DNA of 64,000 nt from Escherichia phage KKP 3954. The notes under the pieces were generated by a model. The model saw nothing but the letters and a program-made list of their open reading frames with translations. It made no database searches and was not told the origin of the DNA. The translations under genes were made by a program, and so were the position numbers. Positions 8,292 to 18,701 of this stretch are shown here, in pieces; position 1 is the stretch's first letter; every line of letters starts with the position of its first letter. Location of the stretch: the sequence record OR067838.1; one strand, written 5' to 3'.

Positions 8292-8813
8292 TTGCTGATA
8301 AAAAACTTTGTAACAGTTGCGTTACTATCCTTAACTGCTTTTACATTTACACCTGTTGTGGCGAAAGCCGAAGCTGCAAACGTAAAAACCGCTAAAGTAG
8401 TTCACAAATATACAAAGCAATATAATGATAAAATTCTATTAGCTTGTGCAATTTACGCAGAAGGTCGCGGTCTGGGTAAAAAGGGAATGAATGCCGTTGG
8501 GAATGTGGTAATCAATAGAAGAAATGATGCCTACTTTCCTAACACAGTCAGAGGAGTCTTGTTCCAGAAAGGGCAATTCTCATATGCGAAAACTTTTAAC
8601 GTAACAGAGAAAGATAAGTGGCAGGAAGCAAAAGCAATAGCGGAGCGTTTACTTTATTTAGAGAAACATTTTCCTGAATTGCGGTCTGTTTTAGATGTTA
8701 CTAAAGGTGCTCTATACTTCAAGAAGCGGAATATAAAGACACACTGGGAGCGTGATATGCGTCTTGTTTATCGAGATAAAGTGCATGGTTTCTATCTACC
8801 AAAGGGGAGTTAA
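8292..8813 (+). CDS. secreted cell wall hydrolase, SleB-like (Hydrolase_2) domain with N-terminal signal peptide; candidate endolysin
   Basis: Signal peptide then AIYAEGRG...VINRR...FQKGQFS, typical of SleB-type hydrolases; TTG start 7 nt after AAGGAGG. Confidence 0.6.
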   Translation: MLIKNFVTVALLSLTAFTFTPVVAKAEAANVKTAKVVHKYTKQYNDKILLACAIYAEGRGLGKKGMNAVGNVVINRRNDAYFPNTVRGVLFQKGQFSYAKTFNVTEKDKWQEAKAIAERLLYLEKHFPELRSVLDVTKGALYFKKRNIKTHWERDMRLVYRDKVHGFYLPKGS

Positions 8814-8815
8814 AA

Positions 8816-9099
8816 TGCAAGAAGATAATACTGTTGTTGTAGCAAGTTACCTGGTTGTCGGTCTTACCGAAGAGGACGTATACTACACCCGTAAGCATTT
8901 GGAAGCATACGCTACTTTGTTTATGGAAGATGAAAAGGATGTAGATAAATACAGTATTGATATGATCAACGACAGTATTTATCCTTGTATGGTTCTTAAA
9001 GTAGATGCTGTGTTGTGGGAGCGTTTTGCAAGGACTCATGATGCTGTAGAATGCTCCGCAGTAATGTCTCAAAACAACATTTTAGGGGAGATTCACTGA
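8816..9099 (+). CDS. hypothetical protein (start at ATG 8816 rather than track start 8752)
   Basis: AAGGGGAG RBS before ATG 8816. Confidence 0.45.
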
Positions 9100-9329
9100 T
9101 GGGAGAAGTCATTGAAGTCAATTTTCGCACTAAACAAAAAGTGCAAAAATATGTCGTTATTAAAAACATTTGCGTTGTCTGCTTCAATACTGTAATATAC
9201 GATTCACGACGCGGAGAAAACGAAAATGAACCTTACATTGAAATTTCTAAGAACAAAGGTCAATGTATTTGTAAGAACTGTGCAGTAGCTATTAAGGAGG
9301 TTGTAAATGAAAACGCTTGGGACCAATGA
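9099..9329 (+). CDS. small zinc-ribbon protein (CxxC...CxxC)
   Basis: ATG 9099 overlaps previous stop; two CxxC pairs. Confidence 0.45.
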   Translation: MGEVIEVNFRTKQKVQKYVVIKNICVVCFNTVIYDSRRGENENEPYIEISKNKGQCICKNCAVAIKEVVNENAWDQ

Positions 9330-9498
9330 AACTGGCGAGATCTCTCTTCAAGAAGTGACAAACGACAAACTGATTAAACTACGGGATGTAGCTCGTGACC
9401 ATCTCCAAGAATCTTTTAAAGAATATATGGAAGCACGAGATCGTGTCATCCAAATCCAACAAGAAATGATTAAACGTGGGATTGTAGCTGACAGTTAA
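9307..9498 (+). CDS. small hypothetical protein
   Basis: ORF track; AAGGAGG RBS. Confidence 0.45.
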   Translation: MKTLGTNETGEISLQEVTNDKLIKLRDVARDHLQESFKEYMEARDRVIQIQQEMIKRGIVADS

Positions 9499-9514
9499 TA
9501 TAACGGAGGGGAGA

Positions 9515-10078
9515 ATGATTTATTATATTACTCCCTATCTGACAGGAAATATCGGCAAGGCTATCAATGAAGCTATTGCCGTTCTTCCAGATGATAGTTG
9601 GGTGTGTTTAAGAGATACCGATACGATGTTCCTCCTACCTGATCAACCATCTATGCTTGAAGAGCTTGTTATGTCAAACCCGCCTTTTGATGTAATAGGT
9701 GCAACTTGTAACAGGTTAGGTAGTGGTTATCAGCTTTTCTCTAACCAAATTAACGATGATCCAGATATTCTAAACCATATAGAATATGCTAAGATTGCAA
9801 GAGAATATCATAAAGTGAGTGTTGAAGAAGTTCCTTTTGGAACACCTCTGGCAGGTTTCTTTTTGCTTTTTAGAAAATCATTGTGGAATGAAATTCCTTT
9901 CGAAGAAAAATCTATCCAATTTGACTTAATTTTCTCTCGCACTTTACATGAAAAAGGAAAGAGGTTAGGATTGATGCGGGGAATGTATCTGTTTCACATT
10001 TACAGATTAGGTCAAACAAATCCTCAACGGTCTATACATCATTTATTACACTGTCACGATCACAGTAAAACTATTTAG
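9515..10078 (+). CDS. hypothetical protein, possible GT-A-like glycosyltransferase (DTD motif)
   Basis: ORF track; GGAGGGGAG RBS; weak motif similarity only. Confidence 0.35.
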   Translation: MIYYITPYLTGNIGKAINEAIAVLPDDSWVCLRDTDTMFLLPDQPSMLEELVMSNPPFDVIGATCNRLGSGYQLFSNQINDDPDILNHIEYAKIAREYHKVSVEEVPFGTPLAGFFLLFRKSLWNEIPFEEKSIQFDLIFSRTLHEKGKRLGLMRGMYLFHIYRLGQTNPQRSIHHLLHCHDHSKTI

Positions 10079-10086
10079 GAGAGAAA

Positions 10087-10770
10087 ATGGAAAATATTAA
10101 AATCGGAGTGGGTGTTATCACTGTAGGTGTCCGTCCACTTAAAGACTACCTTGTAACAGATCCACATGCAGATTTTCGAGTATTCAACGATCCAGATCGT
10201 AAAGGTGTAGCTTACGCCAGGAATGAACTTATGCACCAGTTTTATGAAGAAGGTTATGATTATTGGTTTATTTTTGACGACGATTGCTACCCAATCATGG
10301 AGGGATGGGAAACATATTTTGTAGATCAAGCTGTCTCTGGAGGATGGGATTTCTTTGGTATGCCGGAGTATTTCAAAGATAAAGTTGTTGGGAGTAAAGG
10401 AGAAGTTATTCTCTGGGAACTTGCAATGTGTCAATTTGCAATGTATTCTCGTGCCGTTGTTGAGAAGATGGGTTATTTCCGCCCTTACACTCACGGCTAT
10501 GGTTTTGAAGATGCTGAATGGGTACACCGTTTGAAAGCTGCTGGTTTGAATCAGGGTATTCAGGCAATACCTTGTCCACTTCGTATCATGGCTTATATCC
10601 ACCCAGACGATGTTTTTGGAAACAATCCTATGCCTTTTGCTAATCTGACAAAAGAAGAGAAAGAAGCTGCTATTGGCATTAACTGGGAAGAATATAAAGC
10701 GTCTTTAGAAGATATTAAAAATGGGAAAATCCGAATTTCTTATGAGGAGGCACTGGCACATGTCAAATAA
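10087..10770 (+). CDS. glycosyltransferase family 2-like protein
   Basis: GT-A features: N-terminal GVGVITVG, AYARNEL, FIFDDDC acidic motif. Confidence 0.55.
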   Translation: MENIKIGVGVITVGVRPLKDYLVTDPHADFRVFNDPDRKGVAYARNELMHQFYEEGYDYWFIFDDDCYPIMEGWETYFVDQAVSGGWDFFGMPEYFKDKVVGSKGEVILWELAMCQFAMYSRAVVEKMGYFRPYTHGYGFEDAEWVHRLKAAGLNQGIQAIPCPLRIMAYIHPDDVFGNNPMPFANLTKEEKEAAIGINWEEYKASLEDIKNGKIRISYEEALAHVK

Positions 10771-11707
10771 AAAATGGACTAAACTGAAAATTGATGCAAA
10801 ACCTCACAGTGGTTGTGATTATCATCGTATTGTTATACCATTTAACAACAATAATTTTCAGCCTAAGAAAGATGTTGTCGTGTTTAACCGTATTCATTCT
10901 AAAGGGGCAGAATATGTTCTGTCCCTGAAACGTCAAGGTGTTAAGATTATTGTAGATTTAGATGATTTCTACCAACTTAATCCAGAACATTATTTAGCAA
11001 GTTTATATGAGTCAAACACTCATGCTATTGTAGCTATGGTTAAGCTTGCCGATGTGGTCATTGTGACTACGGAATATTTGGCATATAAGATCCGTCACTT
11101 AAATAGGAATGTTGTTGTGATCCGAAATGCACTTCCTTTTGATAGCGGACAATTCACTTTGTCAAATGATCGTTCATCCGGTACCCCTGTTGTATGGGCT
11201 GGCGGTGCTAGTCACGAACCCGATTTACGACTAGTCTCTAATACTTTCGATGATGAACTTCTTACTATTGCAGGATATGAAGCATCGCAGAGTATCACGG
11301 GGCAAGAGTGGATTAAGATCCGTAGAAATTTACCAAACGCCAAATATAAAGCTGCTGTAAAAGATTTAGATAATTACATGAGTGTTTACGAAAGTCATGC
11401 TATTGCTATAGCTCCTTTGGTAGACAATGATTTTAATAATTGTAAAAGTAATCTCAAAATCCTTGAAGCTGGGGCAAAAGGTATTCCGATTGTTTGTTCT
11501 AAGGTATTACCTTATTTTAACCCTGTGGATGCTCGCGCTGTTGCTTACGCAGAGAATAAAGCAGAATGGCATTACGAAATTGTTAAACTTCTTCGCAATC
11601 CGAACTATCGGGAAGATCGCGGCTTGTTCTTAGCGGAACATGTTCGAACACATTATAATCTGGCAGATGCAAACGAATTGCGACGCCAGGTTATTGAAAG
11701 CTTGTAG
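10760..11707 (+). CDS. putative glycosyltransferase (GT-B-like), paralog of 11715..12659
   Basis: ATG 10760 after GAGGAGG; shares CDYHRIVIPF, DLDD, WAGG, KSNLKILEAGAKGIP and VRTHY blocks with next gene. Confidence 0.5.
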   Translation: MSNKKWTKLKIDAKPHSGCDYHRIVIPFNNNNFQPKKDVVVFNRIHSKGAEYVLSLKRQGVKIIVDLDDFYQLNPEHYLASLYESNTHAIVAMVKLADVVIVTTEYLAYKIRHLNRNVVVIRNALPFDSGQFTLSNDRSSGTPVVWAGGASHEPDLRLVSNTFDDELLTIAGYEASQSITGQEWIKIRRNLPNAKYKAAVKDLDNYMSVYESHAIAIAPLVDNDFNNCKSNLKILEAGAKGIPIVCSKVLPYFNPVDARAVAYAENKAEWHYEIVKLLRNPNYREDRGLFLAEHVRTHYNLADANELRRQVIESL

Positions 11708-11714
11708 GTGAAGT

Positions 11715-12659
11715 ATGGGACAAATAATTCTTGACAATCGTAACGGAATCAATTATAGTGTCTGCGATTTCCATAGGGTAGTGCTGCCTTACTCAAGGCA
11801 GTTCTCTTCACAACCTAAACACAACGTTTTCGTTTTTAACGGAGTGCCAACAAAAGGTAAAGAGGGCTTTTTAGCCCTTAAAAACCTAGGCTTTAAAATG
11901 GTTATGGATTTGGATGACTCTTTAGTTATTCCAAAAGGACACATGTTAGAAGGTATTTTTGAATCCGGTATTCGTGAACATTTAAAATGGTTTTTAGAGC
12001 ACAGTGATCTTGTTACAACTACGACACCTGCCTTGCAAGTTGAACTTTCACAATACAATGATAATGTGCACATAATCCCTAATGGACTTCCTTATGATGA
12101 AGGTCAATTTGTGTTGACCCGTGATCGCTACTCCAAAACTCCATTAGTCTGGGCTGGAAGTGAAACACATAAACAAGATTTGGCTATCTTACCCGATTTT
12201 GGTAAAGATCTTACAATATGTGGTTTTCGTAGGGATTCTGAAGTTTTAAGTAGTCGTGAATGGTCTTTAATCAGAGAAAATGTAGCACCAACTTGTGTTT
12301 ATGAAGGTGTAAGACCATATGCCAACTACATGGAATCTTACGATGGTCATCAAATCAGTCTTGCACCATTGATCGATAACGTGTTTAATAATGCAAAAAG
12401 CAATCTTAAAATTCTTGAGGCAGGTGCTAAGGGTTTACCTTTAATCTGCTCTCCTCGTGAGAATTATCATACACAAGAGTTTAAAGATTTGTTATTCTTT
12501 GCTGAAACACCTTCCGAGTGGAAAGATATTACGGAATACTTATTAAGTGCTCCCGATGTTTGCATGGAGAAAGGATTAGCATTAGCTAAGTATGTCAGGA
12601 CTCATTATCACATTGATGTGTTGAATGAGCGTCGTAGACTTTTATTTGAGGAGCTATAA
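11715..12659 (+). CDS. putative glycosyltransferase (GT-B-like), paralog of 10760..11707
   Basis: Tandem paralog; KSNLKILEAGAKGLPLICS motif. Confidence 0.5.
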   Translation: MGQIILDNRNGINYSVCDFHRVVLPYSRQFSSQPKHNVFVFNGVPTKGKEGFLALKNLGFKMVMDLDDSLVIPKGHMLEGIFESGIREHLKWFLEHSDLVTTTTPALQVELSQYNDNVHIIPNGLPYDEGQFVLTRDRYSKTPLVWAGSETHKQDLAILPDFGKDLTICGFRRDSEVLSSREWSLIRENVAPTCVYEGVRPYANYMESYDGHQISLAPLIDNVFNNAKSNLKILEAGAKGLPLICSPRENYHTQEFKDLLFFAETPSEWKDITEYLLSAPDVCMEKGLALAKYVRTHYHIDVLNERRRLLFEEL

Positions 12660-12937
12660 TGATTAACACTTTTGATTTTGAATACACCACTCGTAACGGG
12701 AAAGCCTTGGTCGTGGAGGTGGATTACTATTATGAAGAACCTAATCCACTTTCTCGTGAAAGTGATTGGGATTACCACGGAGGGCTTTTAATTGACGGTA
12801 TTCGTTTTTATGAAGGATCTACAGAAGTTTTTGAAAAAGATTTAAATGTAACTGTAGCAGAAATTGCTTTCCAATTTAGAAAGCACATGGAAGAACTAGA
12901 AGCAGAATATATGATGGAGACTAACGAACCATTTTAA
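12659..12937 (+). CDS. hypothetical protein
   Basis: ORF track; coupled start. Confidence 0.45.
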   Translation: MINTFDFEYTTRNGKALVVEVDYYYEEPNPLSRESDWDYHGGLLIDGIRFYEGSTEVFEKDLNVTVAEIAFQFRKHMEELEAEYMMETNEPF

Positions 12938-12949
12938 CAGGAGAACAAA

Positions 12950-14728
12950 GTGTCGCACATTATAACTAAATATGGATTTGATGTTGATCTTAGCAAGGAA
13001 GGACATACAGGTTGTCCGCGCTGCATGAAAAATGGCAAGGATCGCTCTCGTAATAACCTGATGGTTTACGGATTAGATTCTAATGGAGAGCATAAAGGTG
13101 CTAAGTGCTTTGCGTGTGAATACACTATTCCTAGCGTAGAATGGTTACGAGAAAATGGTGAAGTTTTAGAAGAAGAGGAGGAGATTGTGGGTTCGGAATT
13201 TAATAAACAGATTCATCGTAAAATTGTTCAAGAAACATCAACCAACCCACGTGGTTATCGAGGCATTAAAGAAAAAGTTTCATCTTTCTATGGTGTTCGT
13301 TATGAATACCGTCAGGAAGGGGATCAGATGGTAGTAGAAAGTTGTTTATATCCGACTACCATCGGTAAAGAATTGGTTGGTTTTAAGCGTCGTATTCATC
13401 CTAAAGATTTCAGTAAACCTATTGGTCAAGTAGGTAAAGATGTAGATCTTTTTGGACAAATTCGTTTTGCAGACCGTTCTCATACTGTTGTAATTACAGG
13501 TGGTGAACACGATGCTCTGGCAGCTTATCAAATGCTATCTGAAAACTTGGACAGTAAATATGAGCTTCCAGCCGTAGTAAGTGGCACAACTGGTGAAACC
13601 AGTATGTATAAACAAGTTCAGGCACAATATCCTTTCTTTGAAAAATTTAAGAAGATTATTGTTTGCATGGATAACGACAAAGCAGGTAATGAGGCATTTG
13701 AAAATATTGTTAAGGTGCTGCCTCGTAACAAAGTCTACCGTATGCAGATGGATCTTAAGGATGCCAATCAGTATCTGGAAGAAGGCCGTGCAAAAGATTT
13801 CGTAAAAGCTTTTTGGAGTGCTCGTCTATACACCCCAGCAGGTGTTTATGCTTCTAATGTCTTGTATGAAGCTGCATTGGAATGCTTGGAATCCAAGATG
13901 ATTACCTTGCCTCCTTTTATGCGTGTTGCTGCAAACATGTTGGGTGGTGGTTTAGTAGAAGAAGAGATTACAGTCATCCTGGCAAAGACCAGTATCGGTA
14001 AAACTTTGATGGTGAACGAGATCACCAAACATATTATTGTTGCACACCCAGAACATACCCTAGGTATTCTGTCCTTGGAAGCGACTTATAAAAAGTATTC
14101 TCGTAACCTGTTATCCTCTTTCCTACACATTCCTCTACACAGGAAAACACCGGAAGAGAAATTTCAAATCTTGGAAGAGAATAAAGAAAAAATCCTAGAT
14201 TTTTACGAAAGAGAAGATGGATCACCACGTTTTTACGTGTGTGATGATCGTGGAGCAGATGTGGAGTCTATCAAAGAAAAAGTTTTGGAGATGATCATCT
14301 ATTTTGGAGTAACAATTCTTGTTATCGACCCTTATTCTGATTTGCTTTCTGGTATGGATGTTCAAGCCCAGGAAGAGTTAGCAACATGGTTGAAGCGAAT
14401 CATGAAAGAGTATGCTATAACTATTATCGTCATCTCACACGTTAAGAAGTCAGCTAATGGTGGCAATGAGCACTTAACAGAGGACGATGCAATGGGTAGT
14501 AGTTTCTTGGCTAAAGGTGCTGGTATTACCTTGGCTTTGGAACGAGATAAGGCTGCTGAAGATCCTGTAGAACGTAATACAACTCATTGCTTTATCCTAA
14601 AAAACCGTGAGTTCTCGGAGACTGGTCCAGCAGGGCAGTTTTACTATGACATTAGAACTGCAACTCTTCACGACAAAGAGCAGTATTTTAACAACCCTGC
14701 TAACTTACCTACGGATAGCAACTACTAA
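12950..14728 (+). CDS. DNA primase/helicase (T7 gp4-like: Zn-ribbon, TOPRIM-type primase, DnaB-like helicase)
   Basis: CPRC...CFAC zinc ribbon at N-terminus; P-loop ILAKTSIGKT in C-terminal half; GTG start after CAGGAG. Confidence 0.8.
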   Translation: MSHIITKYGFDVDLSKEGHTGCPRCMKNGKDRSRNNLMVYGLDSNGEHKGAKCFACEYTIPSVEWLRENGEVLEEEEEIVGSEFNKQIHRKIVQETSTNPRGYRGIKEKVSSFYGVRYEYRQEGDQMVVESCLYPTTIGKELVGFKRRIHPKDFSKPIGQVGKDVDLFGQIRFADRSHTVVITGGEHDALAAYQMLSENLDSKYELPAVVSGTTGETSMYKQVQAQYPFFEKFKKIIVCMDNDKAGNEAFENIVKVLPRNKVYRMQMDLKDANQYLEEGRAKDFVKAFWSARLYTPAGVYASNVLYEAALECLESKMITLPPFMRVAANMLGGGLVEEEITVILAKTSIGKTLMVNEITKHIIVAHPEHTLGILSLEATYKKYSRNLLSSFLHIPLHRKTPEEKFQILEENKEKILDFYEREDGSPRFYVCDDRGADVESIKEKVLEMIIYFGVTILVIDPYSDLLSGMDVQAQEELATWLKRIMKEYAITIIVISHVKKSANGGNEHLTEDDAMGSSFLAKGAGITLALERDKAAEDPVERNTTHCFILKNREFSETGPAGQFYYDIRTATLHDKEQYFNNPANLPTDSNY

Positions 14729-14747
14729 GGGCTTCGGCCCTTTTATT
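14727..14747 (+). terminator. rho-independent terminator (GGGC-TTCG-GCCC then TTTT)
   Basis: Read directly after primase-helicase stop. Confidence 0.55.
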
Positions 14748-14758
14748 AAAAATACCTG

Positions 14759-14787
14759 TTGACAACTTTGCGGAAGGGACTTATACT
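14759..14787 (+). promoter_or_regulatory. sigma70-like promoter (TTGACA, 17-nt spacer, TATACT)
   Basis: Hexamers read directly, intergenic. Confidence 0.55.
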
Positions 14788-14820
14788 TGTCTCATCAACC
14801 AAACAAGAGGAGAAGTAAAA

Positions 14821-15252
14821 ATGCGTATGACAATCGATCTGAATGCAAAAGTTAAAGCTGCTGGTGCTCTGGGTGCTGGTGTTATTAAACACAAACAAGC
14901 GTTGGCATTTGCCATCCCACACATGATTGTTGAGGATCATCCTGAAGAGTTTGCTGTAAAAGTTGTTGAGAACAATGTCTCTGTTATTGAACATCTTCCA
15001 ACTGGACGTTCTTACCGTGTTGTTTCTTCTAAAGGTTTTCGTTTCGATGTAAGCCCTTCTTTCACAAAAGGTGCTGGTCGTAGTAAAGTGGGTATTCTTT
15101 CTTACAAATATTATATCGATAAAGTTGCAGATGGTGTTGCATTCTGTCGTGTAAGTGAAGGTAAAGTAGATATCATCTTTAAAAATACCAAAAACATGGT
15201 TATTTCTGATGATGGTAAAGTGGACCTCACTATTGAGTTCGCTAACAACTAA
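14821..15252 (+). CDS. hypothetical protein
   Basis: ORF track; GAGGAGAAG RBS. Confidence 0.5.
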   Translation: MRMTIDLNAKVKAAGALGAGVIKHKQALAFAIPHMIVEDHPEEFAVKVVENNVSVIEHLPTGRSYRVVSSKGFRFDVSPSFTKGAGRSKVGILSYKYYIDKVADGVAFCRVSEGKVDIIFKNTKNMVISDDGKVDLTIEFANN

Positions 15253-15261
15253 GGAGGACTA

Positions 15262-16056
15262 TTGAGCAAGTTGAACACACTTGATCAATATTACACTAAC
15301 CCCGCTTATGCGGGGTTCTTATGTGATAAGATCAAAGAAATTTTTGGAGAGGAAGCTAACTACGTAGAACCATCTGCGGGAGAAGGAGCTTTCTCTTCTT
15401 GTTTTAAAAACATAACTTCTTTTGATATTGACCCTAAGTTTGAAGATTGTATTGAGGCAGATTTTTTAGCTCAATCTGTTGAGTCTGTTGGTAGTGTAAC
15501 TGCTTTTGTCGGTAATCCTCCATTTGGAAAAAATGCTAGTCTTGCCATTAAATTCTTTAACCATTGTGCTGAAATGCTGGATAACGAAGGTGGTATTTGT
15601 TTTATCTTGCCTCGCACATTTCAAAAAATCTTTTTTGCACACAAACTAAATCCCCATATGCATCTTCTTTACGAAGAAGAATGTCCAAAAGGATCTTTTA
15701 TTCTTCATGGAGAACCTTGGGATGTTCCTTGTGTATTCCAGATATGGATTAAACGCAACGAGAAGCGTTCTCCCGTTGTTTTAGGAGAGAATCGACTATT
15801 CGTATTAGGTAACAGTAAAGACTACGATATAGCCGTTAGGAGAGCGGGAGCAAGTGCAGGTAAAGTGTTATCAGAAGAAGATTCTTTATCTGAAGCATCT
15901 ACCTATTTTTTAAAAGCCTTGACTTCTGATCTTAAAACGCGTATCATTGAGGCTTACCCGTTACTTAAAGCTGAAGCTAGTAAAACTGCGGGAGTAAGAA
16001 GTTTAAGTTTAAAAGAACTTCAGTGGGTTCTGGAGAACATTAGAAAGGAGGAATAG
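15262..16056 (+). CDS. DNA N6-adenine methyltransferase
   Basis: AdoMet motif EPSAGEGAF and catalytic NPPF motif; TTG start after AAGGAGG. Confidence 0.65.
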   Translation: MSKLNTLDQYYTNPAYAGFLCDKIKEIFGEEANYVEPSAGEGAFSSCFKNITSFDIDPKFEDCIEADFLAQSVESVGSVTAFVGNPPFGKNASLAIKFFNHCAEMLDNEGGICFILPRTFQKIFFAHKLNPHMHLLYEEECPKGSFILHGEPWDVPCVFQIWIKRNEKRSPVVLGENRLFVLGNSKDYDIAVRRAGASAGKVLSEEDSLSEASTYFLKALTSDLKTRIIEAYPLLKAEASKTAGVRSLSLKELQWVLENIRKEE

Positions 16057-18653
16057 TGAGTAAGTTTACATGGGATATTGAAGCAAACGGATTGTTGAAT
16101 AATGACACTATTGATTATTTAGCTAGTCCTTATCGTCTCAAAGACACATTTCAAATGCACTGTATTGTCTTAGAGAACCATGAAACAGGAGAAATAGTAG
16201 CTTTCCACGATGGCCCTAAATACATCTTTGATGGGCGTCCTTATGAAGAGTCAGATGGTAAATACACATATGTTCTTAAAGAGTATGTGGCGCAAGATTA
16301 CACACATTTTCAACTAAAAGATTTCCCAGACTTTATTAATCATGAAGGTTATTTTAAAGATAAGCCTGAATATCTGGTTGAAATGGCTGTGGCTCACAAC
16401 GGTATCAACTATGACTGGTTGGCTACAAAACTGTTTTATGGTTTAGATTACAGTGTTAAATATAATACGTGGGGCAAAAATAAGGTAAAACTTATTGACT
16501 CCTTGATTTTGAGTAAAGTGTTAAACCCAGATCGAAAGATTGAGGGCAAATCAGGACATAGTTTGGCAGCACTTTCTCGAAAGGCAGGGGGTGATGTAAA
16601 AATAGATTTCCGTAAAGAGATTCCAGAAGAAGATCGATTTAAGACTTTTGCTGCTGATATGCTTTATTACTGTATCTATGACAACAAAGCCAATACGAGC
16701 GTATATAATTACCTTATGGAAGAATGGGGTGATTATGATAAATGGGAAGGTCCATTTGAACTTGAACAACGTGTAGCAGACATTATTACACGCCAGGAAC
16801 ACCGTGGGTTTGCTTTTAACATGAAGCAAGCAGAAGAGAACCTTGCTTTTTTGGATGCAGAAATGGAGCGTCTTCGTTTACTCGTTGAGCCTATTTTGCC
16901 ACCTAAACCAGCAACAAAAGGTTATCTTAAGGCTTTTATTCCACCTAAGTTGCAAATTAAAAAGAACTTAGAGCCAACTAACCATATGATCAATTTTGCT
17001 AAGAAACATGATGGTCATTTGGAAGAGAGGGATGGAGATTGGTGGTTAGTGATGTTGGGGAAAGAATGGAAACTGCCAGTTGCAGCAGATGAGCCTTTGT
17101 GTGATCCTAATATCCCTGCAACATTGAACGATACTACCCATATTAAAAACTGGCTTGTAGGATTAGGTTGGGTACCGTCTGAATATAAAGATAAAGACTT
17201 GACTCTTAAATCTGGCACCAAGATTAAAAAGAGCGAGGAAGAACTTCAGAAAGGTATTCGAGCTTACGTTGAGCAAACTCTATCTTCTAATTTTTGTCAG
17301 GATCGTTGTGATCATCTGGAGTGCACACCGGAAACCTTGGAGAGGAAGATTCAAGAGCGTATAGCAAAAGGTAAAGGTCGCGGTCTTAAAGTATTGACTA
17401 ACCCATGTTTTACCAAAGGTCAGGAAAAAGAAATTTGTCCTAACCTGCAAGCTTTGGGTGAGAAATTTCCTTATGCTACACAGATTGTAGAATACTTAAC
17501 GTATAAACACCGTAGGAACTCTATTTTAGGTGGTGGTGCCGATTGGGAAGAAGACGAAGAAGATCAAGAATACGATAAAGGTTTCTTAGCCGCAGTAAGG
17601 GCGGATGGTCGTATTCCTACCCCAGCCGCTACATGTGATGCTGCAACCTCTCGTATGAAGCATAGATCTGTAGCTAATATTCCTCGTGTCACATCTTTGT
17701 TTGGATGGGAGATGCGTAACTTGTTTGGTGTAGAGGTTCCTAAATACTTCCAGATTGGCTACGACTTCGACTCTTTGGAAGCAAAAATTGAATCACACTA
17801 CTGTTGGCGGTACGAGCCGGAGCCACACGAATATTGTAACGCTCTGTTGTTAGAGAAACCTAACGATGTTCACACAATGATGGCAAAACGTATCACTGAA
17901 ACTATTGGACGTAAATTTGAACGTAGTCCTGCTAAATCTGTTAAGTATGGTATTACCTATGGTGCACAAGCCGACAAGGTTGCTAAAACAATTGGTAGCG
18001 ATAAGTTTACAGGTCAGTTGGTGTTCGATGCTTTCTGGGAAGCTGCCTTCCCACTGGCACGTCTTAAAGAACGTTTAAACGATTTCTGGGTTAAAACTGG
18101 TAAACAATATGTTTTGGGTATTGACGGTCGTAAGGTTCCTACTCGTTCTGCTCACGCGATTCTTAACTCTTTGTTCCAAAGCGGTGGGGTTATCTGTGCT
18201 AAACGTGCAATGGTTATTTATGACGACATGATCGAAGAAGAAGGGCTAAGTGTTGACTTCTTTAAAGATGACTGGAAGAATAAAGACTTCGTGCAACAAA
18301 TGATTGCATACCACGATGAAGCCCAGCTTGAAGTTTCTCGTAACCTTGTAGAATTCAAATGGTTTTCACCTGAATCATTAGGTTGGAAGAAAGTAGACGA
18401 TCCTGAAGAACAAAAGAAAATTGATAAAGAATGCCTTGCTAAAGTCGAAGAATGGAAGCATAATAAGGAAAAAGAGACAGGGCAAATTTGGGCTAACATT
18501 CATGAATCTCCCAAAGGTGGATGGTTTACAGCCTATAGTCGGGCAGGTGAACTTGCTGCTTTAGCTGTTACTAAGGCTGGAGAATTTTACAATCTTAACG
18601 TTCAGCTTACTGCCGGATATGATGTGGGTAATTCTTGGGCGTCCTGTCACTAG
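16056..18653 (+). CDS. DNA polymerase, family A, with 3'-5' exonuclease domain
   Basis: 865 aa; N-terminal exo motif WDIEANGL; size and context typical of phage PolA; GTG start after AAAGGAGG. Confidence 0.85.
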   Translation: MSKFTWDIEANGLLNNDTIDYLASPYRLKDTFQMHCIVLENHETGEIVAFHDGPKYIFDGRPYEESDGKYTYVLKEYVAQDYTHFQLKDFPDFINHEGYFKDKPEYLVEMAVAHNGINYDWLATKLFYGLDYSVKYNTWGKNKVKLIDSLILSKVLNPDRKIEGKSGHSLAALSRKAGGDVKIDFRKEIPEEDRFKTFAADMLYYCIYDNKANTSVYNYLMEEWGDYDKWEGPFELEQRVADIITRQEHRGFAFNMKQAEENLAFLDAEMERLRLLVEPILPPKPATKGYLKAFIPPKLQIKKNLEPTNHMINFAKKHDGHLEERDGDWWLVMLGKEWKLPVAADEPLCDPNIPATLNDTTHIKNWLVGLGWVPSEYKDKDLTLKSGTKIKKSEEELQKGIRAYVEQTLSSNFCQDRCDHLECTPETLERKIQERIAKGKGRGLKVLTNPCFTKGQEKEICPNLQALGEKFPYATQIVEYLTYKHRRNSILGGGADWEEDEEDQEYDKGFLAAVRADGRIPTPAATCDAATSRMKHRSVANIPRVTSLFGWEMRNLFGVEVPKYFQIGYDFDSLEAKIESHYCWRYEPEPHEYCNALLLEKPNDVHTMMAKRITETIGRKFERSPAKSVKYGITYGAQADKVAKTIGSDKFTGQLVFDAFWEAAFPLARLKERLNDFWVKTGKQYVLGIDGRKVPTRSAHAILNSLFQSGGVICAKRAMVIYDDMIEEEGLSVDFFKDDWKNKDFVQQMIAYHDEAQLEVSRNLVEFKWFSPESLGWKKVDDPEEQKKIDKECLAKVEEWKHNKEKETGQIWANIHESPKGGWFTAYSRAGELAALAVTKAGEFYNLNVQLTAGYDVGNSWASCH

Positions 18654-18671
18654 TTAACTTATTGTTTTATA

Positions 18672-18691
18672 AGGGGCTTCTGCCCCTTTAT
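18672..18691 (+). terminator. rho-independent terminator (AGGGGC-TTCT-GCCCCT then TTTAT)
   Basis: Read directly after polymerase stop. Confidence 0.55.
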
Positions 18692-18701
18692 AGGAGGAGA
18701 T

